The notes beneath the pieces are model-generated. The model saw only the letters and a list, made by a program, of their open reading frames with translations. It was not told the DNA's origin and did no database searches. From Selaginella moellendorffii (lineage: Eukaryota; Plantae; Lycopodiophyta), in assembly GCF_000143415.4 (NCBI RefSeq), contig NW_003314272.1:654184-718183 (forward strand): a DNA stretch of 64,000 nt. Reading direction: 5' to 3'. Both the position numbers and the translations under genes were made by a program. How positions within the stretch are numbered: the first letter of the stretch is position 1; every line of letters begins with the position of its first letter. Positions 1 to 12,277 of this stretch are shown in pieces.

Positions 1-3000
1 ACATCTCCCACGCGCAGAATGTCAAGCAAGAAACGTGCTACAAATCGGGTCTGCACGAGACATTGGCACGAAGACGGAAGCTCTGGGTTCAACTGAAGAA
101 GCCACAAAAACCAGGACAAGGACGTGCACTAGCAATTAGCGCCTGGCAGGTAAGCCTCGTTGCATGTGGCATAACATGTGGCCTCACGCCATTTCCATTG
201 CAGGAATTCTCGAGTCTTCTCTCGAAAACACTGGGGGTCAATGACACACTCAGCATCCATAACATTCTACTCGCGACAAAAGTTGTTTTTGACAAATGGG
301 TAGATGTGCTGAGGAGGTACCATGATGGGGAGTTGCTAAACTCAATGGGTGTGGAGGACGGCCGGAAGCCCAATGATTTGAAGCTCAACACCTTGCATTT
401 CTCGCGGTCTCTAGACGACGACGACCTTCTGACAGTGGCTAATGCTCTTCTACGTGGTGAGGTAGTCTTCAACAAGACCAAAATGACTCCCGGCCATATT
501 GTGACATATGAGGACTTGTGCACGACTCTGAGAGCTCGTGCGCTATTGAAGGATTGGATCTTCGAGCAAATGGCTGTGGAGAGGGTGAGCATCGACACCA
601 CGCAAGAAATGATGGAAGCGCTGGAGTTGTCAAATGAAGACATCGACGAGTACGTGAAGGGGGCCCCCAAGTTCATCGATCTGCTGCGGGATGCCATGAA
701 AAGTAAAGCTAAGAAGTTGGATCAGTATCCAAATTTCATTAAGAGGGATGTCGACCGCCGGCTTCAGAAACAGCTCGACCCTGTAGCAGAGGCCTATTGA
801 GAACCTTACCGGGTATACGTGAATTCGGATGAGGATCAAAGGTGGAGGAGCATCGTTTCCCGCGGAGATGAGCAGGTCAAGAACATCTTTTGTGTGATGG
901 ACTTCACAAACGAGGAGATCACTCATGCAGACGAAGTCAGCTCCATCATTGACTTAATGGTGGGACTTGCGGAGGTGGAATCTTCAGTCCACTATATGAT
1001 CTACGACTCCGAATCCTATCACAAGTTCTGGAAGGCCTTGAACGAGGTGAAGGCTCGGTTGAAAGGCAAAGAGATGTGGGAGATCCATGGGATAATGGCT
1101 AAGAAGAAGATACCGATGAATGTCCGCATCTTCACACTCGCCCTTGTTATTGGTCCTGCAGCAGAGTGGGACTGGAGTGACTTCCCAGCTTCGTTCGACA
1201 AGGCCGATCGAATTGATCTGAGGGAGGTCAATTTACCTGTGCTTGAGGAACTAAAGACGGCTATGGAGCTTTCGAATCCAAAGAAAGCTCCAGGTGCAGC
1301 ATGGGAAATGCTCAGCTGGGTCTTCAACGCAATAGCGGGTGGGTCACCTGCTTCTGACTCTAAGGGCAAATGCGTTGTCGAGTACAACTGCGGCGGACTA
1401 TTCTTTCGAGCCGCACTACTCAAGGGTGTCCCGTGTGTTGCGGTGACAAACTCCATTGAAAAGGTGACTTCAATGGAGCATATAATTACAGTTGCCAAAG
1501 AAAAACAGTATCTTCTCTGCGAACCTGGTGAGTACGCACTTTAAGTTTAAATGTTATCTCACAAGCTCTGTATGCAGGAGCGTGGCCACCCCCAGATGCT
1601 GAAACGGCGTTAACAGCTACTGTTGAAGATACCCATGTTGGGCCGAGCTCACAACCTGCACAAGGTAAGGTCACGTGAGGCCTCATGCCATTTTGATTAT
1701 AGATCGTTGTGAATATTCAGATACGAGGACTGAAAAGCGCATTGGTGGCGTGTCGAAGAAGGACAAACAGACAAGCAATAGGAAAAAAGGAGGTACAAAT
1801 TATATTTGCAATGGCATGTGGTCTCATGCCATTCCTTGCAGGAGACACTTCTTCAAAGGCAAAACAGGCAAGCACCAGCCAAGCTCAAACTGACAGTGGT
1901 CATAAAAAGCGAAAGCACGTTGGACAGTCGTCGGGATCATAGGCATTTGATTCGAAAAGGAAGAAGGGCAACGAAAAGATGATAGGTAATGCCTCGCGGT
2001 TATGGCGTGTGTGCTCATGCCATTCATTGCAGATCAAGGGCTGAGTGAAAGCAGCCAGTCACCACCTCTTGACTCAAATTCCTATGGCAGACTCCCCTTC
2101 CCCAATCTCAATGGAGAGGTACAATGGATGAGGGATGCTTTTCAAGTCAGGGCCACGTTTTTCTCATCTCGTCGTCTTCGAAGGGTGCAAGAACGTGCAG
2201 AAACCATGTTAAGACAGTCGGGTGAGGATATGGTCCTAGGTCACGCACTAAAATAGGCTATGGATGTCTTGTATTTTGAGATGGAGACTCGGCCAGATGA
2301 TTTTCCCAAGATGGTCCTGGAAGAACAAGCCATCCAGCCTGAGTAGCCCATGAAAGAAATGCAGGAGGGGGATGAGGAGCCAGAGAAAGATAATGAGCAG
2401 GAAGAGCAGAAGGACGAAGAGGAGGACAAAGAAGAGGAGGACGAAGAAGAGGACGACGAAGAGGACTTGGATGGTCCTCACAATGGTGACGATCACAATA
2501 ACGACGACAACGATGATGACGACGATGGCCAGCCTGAGGTGGCCAAAGAGTAGCGGAGGAAGGTCATACAAGACAAACCATCAGGTAAATAATAGTACAT
2601 CCATTTCTAACCTTTTACCATTTCTAACATTGTCCATGTAGGTCGCAGAGCAAATGGTAAGTAGAGATTATTCAGTTGAATTAAGATACAAACTCTAGCC
2701 TTTAGTGTCGAGGAAGGATAGTGCCAAGCAAAGGTCGAAACGTATGTCCAATCCTTCAGAATCAGCAGTGCGCCTAAGTGATATTGGTCCTAGTTCCTCA
2801 ATAGCAGTTGATGGTAAATACAGTATAGTCGATTCAATGTGCTAATGAGTTTGTTTTTAGTAGCCAGTAGGGAGGATACCATCTCAATCGAAGGGAGATA
2901 TTTGGACATGCATATGGATCTGCCAGTGGACTCTACTTGCCTGCAAGAGTCATCAGAGCTGGTGGAGGCTACTATCCATATCAACGCCAAGCAAGCTGAC

Positions 3001-4356
3001 CACGCTCCACTTGATGCTGCCCATACCACTGAGTCAATCTTGTCCACGTATCCAACTGACGGTGACCAGGCGCCATTAGACCCGCATGAGGCCGCCCCAG
3101 CCGCCGAGCCGGTCGTATCCTCATTTCCAACGGACTCAACGTGTGCCCAATCGTCTGACTACGCGCCGTTGGAACCTCCCTACACCGCCCCTGCTGCCTG
3201 TTCGGTCATGTCCACTTTGCCAACGGAGGCACCAGCTAAAATGGCATGTGATCACACGCCATCGGAACCACCCCATGCCACTGTTGAGCCAGTTGTACCA
3301 GAGTCTACAGCTGAAATGGCATGTGCCCACACGCCATCGGATGCAATTGACCCCACATTGCAGAGGAGAGTATTTCCACCCTTCACGTTTCCTCGACTAA
3401 AACCCTCTCAACGACTATCGGGAGCACCATTCGCTAATATTGTAGATGGTAAAATTGACTTGTACCATTTTTTATGCTGACACATTTCATTTCAGAGTCA
3501 CGGCGAAGGTACTGTATCGTTTTTGATCTGAACGGTGTCCTTTTCTCCCATGAGCGTGGCTCGTCCTCGAATGTCACTGCACCCTCCAAAGCCTACGGTC
3601 GCAAGTTGGTCAAAAGAGACAAATTCACATTAATCACACGGGAGAAACTGCGGGATCTAATAATGACCATGCGACACTTAAAATAGAGGGCCGGGTTTAA
3701 TTTGCAATTGGGAGTTTGGACATCCATGATGTGCCACAATGCATTAACGTTGCTACAGATGATGCACGATCAGACGCGAGTAATATTACCATTTGACTTT
3801 CTCCTAACGTAGGAGGATTGCTTGACTATGGTCCATGTGAGGGGTAGCAAACCCATCTTCGTCAAGCCAGAGGCTGTAGTGATGAACCGGACTGCTAGGT
3901 CAAGTGAAATCCTCATCATCGATGACTCGCCGATTAAAACTGCAGCGAACACGCACATATGCAGTGCACCCCATCTCTTGCAGTATGGAAACTAGGGAGA
4001 AGAAATCGTATGTTCTGGGGGACCTTGCAAAACGGCTTGGAGTGATGGTGATAGAGAACCGGCCAGTCCAGGAGGTGGCTGCAGAAATCAACCAAATGGC
4101 AGATGGAACAGTATATTAGAAGCCATTTGATTGGACAGACACCAGTCATCATTTATGGCATGTATATTGTCTAGCCAAGCACTATCCGCATCTCCATAAT
4201 CTGCTTAACCGGATGGGTTCTTCGACCACTGAACATGAGCGTGGACGTATTAGAGAAGAGATGGCATTACTATTGGGTTTAAATCCTGATAGTGTGGAGA
4301 GTGATGAAATTCCAAGATTATTGTATAGGCGTTGGAGGCAAAAAATAACAGTCTGA
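1..4356 (+). pseudogene. Decayed multi-exon, probably TE-borne gene: helical N-region, degenerate beta-class DNA amino-methyltransferase-like domain, acidic/low-complexity region, C-terminal FCP1/NIF-type HAD phosphatase. 5' end lies outside the window.
   Basis: GT-AG introns at 150-203, 1529-1577, 1665-1702/1720, 1793-1841, 1986-2032 and ~3449-3495 join the short ORFs in frame. ORFs 63-800 and 819-1544 share a frame and are separated by one TGA. FCP1 motifs: IVFDLNGVL, GVWTSMM, ILIIDDSPIKTAAN (3500-3950). Several CAG/CGA-to-stop type lesions. Confidence 0.65.
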
Positions 4357-4412
4357 GATGGCATGTATTTATTTAAAAATGTAACTTATTATGGCATGGG
4401 GTTCCATGCCAT
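171..4412. repeat. Dispersed 22-bp palindrome family ATGGCATG-N6-CAYGCCAT (7 full copies plus half sites)
   Basis: Copies at 171-192, 1670-1691, 1811-1832, 2002-2023, 3241-3262, 3316-3337 and 4391-4412. Half sites at 4155, 4358 and 4683. Confidence 0.85.
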
Positions 4413-4699
4413 TGTATTAATATTAAAAGACAATTCTTTGAGAGGATTTGCATTATACTAGAAGTGTTACAGCATGTTATTGGAAGTCTATGAAGTTGTT
4501 TTATTAATAAGGGGAAAGTAAAGATTGAATGGGGACTTGGGCTCCACCTAGACTCGGAGCAACTGAGCCAATATTAAAAGGATGGAAAGAAATTGGACAA
4601 CGATAACAAGGAGAAAAAAGAGGTGAAGCAGTGGCAGGGGGAGGAGAAGTGATTGAGTAGACATTTCCTTATTTAAAATAAAATGGCATGTGCCTCAAT

Positions 4700-6213
4700 G
4701 CAGTTGAATTTTGTTATATTTATATACTATATAAAGGTTTGGAAACCTTATTTTACAAGTGGGATAATGACAATTCCCACTTTAACGAAATAGAGCTTAT
4801 CACTGATATTTGTATAAAGGTTTTGTTGAGGGACACCTCTATAGATTTGAAGGATGACAAATTTACGTCATTTGAGATACGAGATGGAATCCTGGTGAAG
4901 ATGGGATATGTGGTGGTTCCTTGTGTTTATAAACTCAGCAAACAAATTTAGGTTGAGTGTCATGATGTGCCAAGTGTTGGGTATCCGGGGTAATAAGAAT
5001 ATATATATTGGTGAAGAGGCATTTCTTTTGGCCTGGGATAAAATCAAATGTTGAGAAGTACATATGTGGGTGTTTGATCTGCTAGGCAATCAAAGCTAAT
5101 CATCAAAAGCTCACTAGCTTCTATCATCCTTTATGTGTACTTAGGAATAAGTGGGATAATATTTCAATGGATTTTATCACTAGTTTGCCTAAGAGCTTTC
5201 GAGGAAATAATGCTATTTGGGTTGTTGTGGATCGTTTTACAAAGATGGCTCACTACTTCCCAATAAAGATGATGATTAAAGCTTTTAAACTTGCTTAATT
5301 ATTTATAGACTGATTAGTCAATCTTTATGGTTTGTCAAGTGACCTTATGAGTGATCGGGATCCCAAGTTCACATCCAAGTTTTGGCAAATGATCTTTGAG
5401 AAGCTAAAGATTAAATTGAGCATGAGTAGTGGTGAGCATCCATAATCAAATAGGCAAACAAAGAGCATGAATTAGTTATTGGAAGATATGTTGAGGTCTT
5501 TTATAGGACACTTGACTTGACAGGGAGTATAGGAGAAGTACTTATCTTTGTTTCAATTTGCTCACAATAGTACTCATTAATCAGCTATTGGCATATCTCT
5601 ATTTATGGTGATACATGGCTATAACCTAGGTCTCTTGTGAGTTTTAGTTTAGCTTTTTCATACTTGTGATTTCTTGGAGGATATGCAAGATAAGTTTGAG
5701 TTGGCAAAGTTGAATATGAGGCAAGCTCAAGATCGAGAAAAAAGATTAGCTGATGAGCATTTTCGTTATCAAGAGTATAAAGTTGGTAACAAAGTTTTTT
5801 TTAAGCTATCGAATGCACAATGGTCTCTGAAAGGAGGTGGCAATGCTAAGTTATCTCCATAGTATTGCTTGGACAATTTACAGCACATGGGGGATTTTGC
5901 ATACACTTTGGACTTGCCAGCTAGAAAATTATCCAATGTTCCATGTGAGCAAGCTTAAAGTGTGTTGCACTCTAGTGATGTTATGGATCAGTCTATCATC
6001 CAAGTCCTAAAGATTGATACTAAGAAGCTTGATCTAGCCAATATTCTTGTTTAAAGATTGGTAAAAGCACGCTAGAAAACAATTAAGGAGTTGTTAGTTT
6101 AGTGGAATGGTTATTCTATAGATGAAGCTAGATGGGAAAGTGAGGATAATGTGAAGAGAGTGTTTCCAAGTTTTAGTTATGACTTAGATAACATTCCTAA
6201 GAAAGTGGAGAAT
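4700..6213 (+). mobile_element. Heavily degenerate Ty3/gypsy integrase + chromodomain remnant (5'-truncated), ending in a PPT
   Basis: Broken translations [49 protein letters not shown] and KELLV*WNGYSIDEARWE. Purine tract aagaaagtggagaa at ~6199-6212. Confidence 0.85.
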
Positions 6214-6838
6214 TGAGTTTTATAGCCGTATTACTATATGATTTAAGCTATTTGTTCTATTTTCATTCTCTTGTTTTTATAACTGTATAGTCATGTGAGA
6301 AAGCCATATTGCTTTTTTTTCTTTCGTGGCTATTTGTCACGACGTTAGTGTTGCCGTTTACACATCTTTTCTCTATGGCCGTATTGCCTTGGACTCCCTT
6401 TATGTGATTATGTGAGGCTTGTTTAGCTTCTCGAGGCTGTTGTTTGTGGGTGAGTCACGAGGGAGGGGAGAATGACGTGAACCATAGGAATATTCCAAGG
6501 TTATTCTATAGCTTGTGAGATTTAAGACCATAACTCCTTAAGGGTTGAGAAGTTGGCCTAATTCGCTCCCTTGTTCATTTCACCAAGGCCGTGCTAGATT
6601 AGTGTAAGCAACCAAAGAGAACAACTCGAGAGATGATCCATATATTTGGGGTTAAGTGTCCTTGGATTTGAATAGTACTGGGCTGGGTGACTTCCTGGGA
6701 AGTCCAAACTTAAGAGTCTACAACTAGGTTGAGTATATGAGTTTACAACTAGGCTGAGTATATAAGTCATAGCAATGTGAGAAAGTCTGGGAAAAATTAG
6801 AGCATGATTGAGTACACGTAGTTAGACCATACACTACA
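6214..6838 (+). repeat. Putative 3' LTR of the integrase remnant
   Basis: Starts with TG right after the PPT. Ends ...ccatacactaCA, an imperfect inverted match to the start (tgagttttatag). The right boundary is uncertain and no second LTR is present. Confidence 0.5.
6651..6705 (+). promoter_or_regulatory. 5S rRNA-derived internal Pol III promoter segment (A box / IE / C box), Cassandra-like
   Basis: gttaagtgtccttggatttgaatagtactgggctgggtgacttcctgggaagtcc matches remembered plant 5S rRNA GTTAAGCGTGCTTGGGCGAGAGTAGTACTAGGATGGGTGACCTCCTGGGAAGTCC at 45/55 positions without gaps. Confidence 0.85.
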
Positions 6839-7142
6839 TTGATATTTTAAAGTGGAATTTCAAAAAATTCCACTTTATTAATTTTTAGTGGTGGGGGATA
6901 GAAAATTCATGTTTATACCTAGAATATTGATATATTGAATATTGAATATTGAATATCAAAACACACTATAGGGCTCTAATATTGATTGATCACACAGCCC
7001 AAGGTAGCTAGGGGCTATCAGCTATGTCATGTATGGTTTAGATGCAAATTAAATGTCATTGGGAATATTTATTTAATAAATATGCAATGAGACATCAAGC
7101 TTTAGTTTGAAATATATTTCAAACCTAAATATCACAACATAC

Positions 7143-7316
7143 TGTGAGTGCATAGTATGGGAAGGGAATACAAATAATATGTATATCAATTAGCCCAAAA
7201 ACCCTAGTTTATATACAAGAGCATGTGGTCCATATTGAACCCAATCTGACAACTACCAAAATCTCATTATGCTAATATTAGTATATGGCATCATAGCTAT
7301 ACACTAGGACCTCACA
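7143..7316 (-). repeat. 3' LTR (174 bp) of the old gypsy element
   Basis: TG...CA ends; homologous to 11927-12101 but strongly diverged. Confidence 0.85.
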
Positions 7317-10300
7317 TCACCCCCTCCTCTCGGAATAATGGAAAACTATCAAAGTTCCCTTGTAGATGGGTCGGGATCTAGAGGAATATCAGGAGGAGGC
7401 ATTGGTGGATTTGTAGGTTGTATTAGTTGTTCCTGATCCCTTTGTATGAAGCATTTTAACTATTGCACATGCATAATTTCTGAAGGATCAGCCTATTGGA
7501 CGTCATGCCGAACCTCATAAACTTGCAGTCCAACTTGCTACAACATTTGATACAGTCGAGTAAGGAGCCACTTAGATAAACCATGTCTCGTAAGATGGGA
7601 AAACAGATTAACACCAAATCATCCACTTTGTATTCCACAGGTGGACGATGTGGGAGTTATAGCATTGTTGTTGTCCCACTTGTACGTGGCTTAGGTGTTT
7701 AGTAGACTTTGCTCAGACAAGTGGAAGAATGCTTGTCAAATACTAATCCCATAACCTAGTATGGCAGCTTGTTGCAATCGCGAAGGTAACCCAACATTGT
7801 CGGTAATATTGGATTATGACTATATAGAAGTTTATATGGTGAAGCACCAATAGAACTTTGCATCCTTGTGATATATACATATTGAAAAGACGGCAAATAA
7901 CCATCTCAATCCGAATGCTGAAAATTCACGTACTTCACAATCATCCTTTTGAATGTTTGAACGAGCTATTTCACCAAATTGTTTGACTGTAGATGGTAAA
8001 CACTCGTAAAAGTGTGGCATATCCCCAACCGAAACGTCAAAACATGAAATGCCTCAACTATAAATTTGGGACCATTATCCAAAAGAATCCACTCAAACAA
8101 GAATGCTAGAACACCATTCGATTGAAGAGGAAGCATTTAACAGCAGTTGCAGAGGCATTAGCAAGAGCACTAACTTCCACCTAGCGAGTCAAATAGTCAA
8201 AAGTAATAATAACATATTCATTGTCAGCAATCGATCGTGGAAAAAGTCCCATAAAATCAAATGCCACCAACTTAAATGGACGGGAAATTACAATTGACTT
8301 CAATTGTCTTTCCACAGCACGAAGAGTAGTATTACGATCTTAGCACCAAAAATAACCACGCACATATTGGATAACATCATATCGCATCTTTAACTAATAG
8401 AAAGACTTATGCAGCTTCTCAGTCACACAATGATACCCATATGCTCATCTAAAATAAGAGAATCATGGTAGGTATGGAAAAACCATGGAATAAATATTGA
8501 AGGCACCACCAGTCATAAATAATCATTAGGATCCATTCCCACAAAATAAAGAAGGCCGTCTTCAAGGCAATATTAAGAATGTAAATGCTAGAATGGCAAG
8601 TCATTAACAAGTGATGCAAAATTCTCAAACCTATCTTGAAGCCTTCAAATCCATGGCTCAATCTTTTGAGCCTCGTGAACTTTATCAAAAGAAGGTAAAT
8701 CTTGCTTTACATCTTGTGGACATTGAACATCAAGTATAGAAATTGCTGACGTGACAAAATCCTTGTTTAGAAAATCCACAGATGCTAGAATAACAGACTC
8801 ATCAAAAATATGAGAAGAGAGTGAAGAAGGAAGAGGAAAGGCATCAGCATCAATCATAAAACTCCTTGGGCAATAAACAACATCAAAATTATATATCTAA
8901 AGCTTTGAAGCTCACCGAACAGTATGACCAACCAGGTTCTTCTGCTTCAATAATGAAGTAATAGTAGCATGATCACCTTCCAGTAACATCTGAGAGCCAT
9001 GTAGATATGCATGAAGTTTCTCAAAACCCTAGACTACTACTAAACATTCATTCTTTGTTGTGGAGTAATTTGCCTCTACTGGTTATAATGTATGTCTTTT
9101 ATATGTAATGGGATGGTGCTGACCAAGCACACTCAAGCTTTCTTGCATCAACACACCTCTAAAACACATATTAAAAGCATCCACGTGCAAAATAAAAGGT
9201 TAAGTGTAGTTAGGATATTGCAAAACCAGAAGAGTCGTCAATAGGCTCTTTGAGATCCATCAATACCCGCTCACAGTCTGTAAACCAGATGAAAGATGAT
9301 GTTGATGACTTTAGCAATGCTCACAATAGTGCAATGTGATTAGAAAAATGATCTATAAAACAATTGAGATACTGCACCTTGCCCAATAAGTGTTGCACAT
9401 CATTCACACACTTCGGAGTAAGGAACTTTACAACAACCACAAGTTTATCAGGAACAACTTGCAAACCCTCACAAAAAAAATATAATACCCAAGATAAATT
9501 GTGTTTTTAGACCCAAACAAGCACTTTGACTGCTTCAACTTTAAACCAACTTCCTGTAGCTAATCTAACTTTATAAACATCATGGACATTTCCTCCTATG
9601 TCCCCTCTAAGTGGATCATGACATCATCAATGAAGTTAGTAATCACTTTTGGCATATCATAAAAAACCTCGTCTATCATCTGCTAGAAAGTCACTGGAGC
9701 ATTGTTTAAACCAAATAGCATCACCAAGAATTCATACAAATCAAACGGTGTATAAAAAGCAGTCTTAGGAATATCTTCTTCACCCATCAATACTTGCCAG
9801 TACCTAAAAGCAAGATCTAGCTTGGTGAATCAACGACTTTTCCCCAGACAATCCAAGAGATCAGTAGTGTGAGGAAGAGGGTATATATTTGGGATCATCA
9901 TTTTGTTTAATGGACAATAGTCAATGCAAAAATAAATACTCTCATTAGACTTTGTCACAAAATGAGGTTCACATGCCTAAAGGCTCCACAACTTTTGAAT
10001 AACACTCTTTTCCAACATCTTTTTAATATTAGCATATAAAATCTTGATCTCTTTGGGTGACCAATGATGAACAAGAACTTGATTGGATGAGCATCCCTAG
10101 TTGGAATTGGATAACGTGTGGCAATCTTGGCCTCAGACGATAAGTTGAATTCAAAGAGATCAATGTACTCCTTCATAAACTAGTCAACTGCTGCAACATA
10201 AAAACCATTGGAGGGATCAGAAAAGGGAAGAGCGGAACAAGATGGAAACATAGAAGGAAGTAATGAGGAGACAAAAGTAATGGAAGCAAAGGTAAAAGCA

Positions 10301-11926
10301 AAAGGACGAAAAAATACAAAAGTGAGAGGAATAAATGAAATATAAAGAAGTATAAAACAAGGGGGAGAAGCCTCAAAGTCACACTTGGCATAATTGTGCT
10401 GCAACTAATTCATACCAAAGATAAAGTCAAAAGTTTGACTCAGCACCACCCACAATGACTACAACCCAAGTTCAAGATCACCTACACACACAATTAAGTC
10501 CACTTTATCCCATACACATGCATGTGTACAGTTATTGCCATAAAGAATAAAAACTGGCTTTGCCGCATAATGCAAATGTAAATAGCAATGTATGGTAATA
10601 GGTCGAACAATAGAAGATAAACTCAAACCTATATCAACTAATATGAAACCTTTTATTATAAAAGCAAGCTTGGAAAGTAAACATTAAATGAACTAGTGTT
10701 GAGTAAACCCCTTGATAATACTCCCAAAAGAAAAATGGAAGGTCTGACTTATTCATGCAAGGTCCCTCCATTACTCACATGATTCCTTGTTTCTTGGATG
10801 CATCCCAATGTCTAGACCTTCCACTACAGCAGCACCAACAGGACATTGTTGATGCCAAGATCTCCACCCAGGAAATAGAGGCCATCAATCCGAAAGATGC
10901 TGACAACGCTAATAAGTGTGACCAGCTTCATCATATACCCAGCAGCAAACATCATGGCCATAACCACGTCCTTGCCCTTGTTCTTGAACTTGAGTAGCAG
11001 CAGCATCAACCTCCATTGGAACATGACTATCTCCCACATGAAGTGGAGTTGAAGGACGTGCAACGAAAAGTGGAAGAGGCGACATCTCATAAATTGTGCC
11101 AAGCGAAGGGCATCATCAAGGGTGGCTGGAGCAAGTGCATGCACAAGTCTTACAAGATCTTGATGAAGTGCTAACCACAACATTCCTAGCTTGATCCATT
11201 CTGACATATTTTGCTCCATACGAAACAAGAGGCTTCGGAAATGAATGCCAAATTGCATCACTGACTCAGATGGCCCTTGACAAAGATAATGCAATAGTTA
11301 GAAGGCATCATTACAATTGTCGGTATGTCTGAATGCGTGTTTGAAGACGTCCAGAAGAATACTCTAAAGAGTGGCTGTGCTTAAACCATTGTACCACTAT
11401 AGCACCATCCTGTGGAGACACATAGGAAACTTACACAAATGTCAAGCATCATCCCAAGAATGATATGTAGCAATCACTATGAAGTGATCAAACAAATGGT
11501 ACATATCATCCCTAGGATTCTCACGAAAAAACTCCGGCTGAATGTGAAGATTGGCACCAAGAGCAAAAGGAGTTGTACCATATGCTGTGAATCCTGCCAT
11601 CAATTAAGTTTGGTTATTCAATTGCAATCGCATAGCATCGAGCAATTGCACCAGCTATTACTCCAGAATAAAAGGAGGATGAGACTGTTACTCTACCATG
11701 AAGATGAATGAAAAGAAAAAAGTAAATGAAATGAAATGAAAAAAAAGCTAGAAGGAAAAGGAAATTTAGACAATGCAAAAGTTAGATCTAAACCAAAGAT
11801 CTCGAAAATTAAAAGAAAGGAAATGGAAAAAGCTAGATCTAGACGATGCAAAAGCTAGATCTAAACAAAAATCCCAAATCCAAACACTCCTCAAGGACAA
11901 TCAAAAGTGCCCCTCAAGTCCACCAA

Positions 11927-12101
11927 TGTGAGTGCAAAAAGTATGGAAAGGGAATACAAAAAATGTGTATATAAATTAACCCAAAAACCTTAATTTATAT
12001 ATAGGAGCCAATGATCTGGATTGAACTCAATCCGACAGCTACCAAAATCCCACTACACTAATATTAGTATACATTATTGTAGCCATACATTTAAACCTCA
12101 C
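11927..12101 (-). repeat. 5' LTR (~175 bp) of the old gypsy element
   Basis: Homologous to 7143-7316; adjacent to the PBS. Confidence 0.85.
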
Positions 12102-12277
12102 CATACTATATTAAATAAAATAAAATATATCTTTCAGTTGGCAAAATATTAATCCAAGAAAAAGTATAAAGATTGTATTATTGAATATCTCACTAAAAAA
12201 ATTACAAGTTATGAAAAATTAGCATAAACTTAATGTACAACAAAATATCTCTAATATTCCTAGACTTTCTATATTTT

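Larger units (their letters stand above)
7143..12101 (-). mobile_element. Old, degenerate full-length Ty3/gypsy LTR retrotransposon with short LTRs
   Basis: LTRs at 7143-7316 and 11927-12101 (tgtgag...ctcac[a]). TSD CATAC at 7138-7142 and 12102-12106. PPT next to 7317-7331. PBS TGGTGGACTTGAGGGG. Broken gag, RT ([19 protein letters not shown]), RNase H and integrase on the minus strand. Confidence 0.88.
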
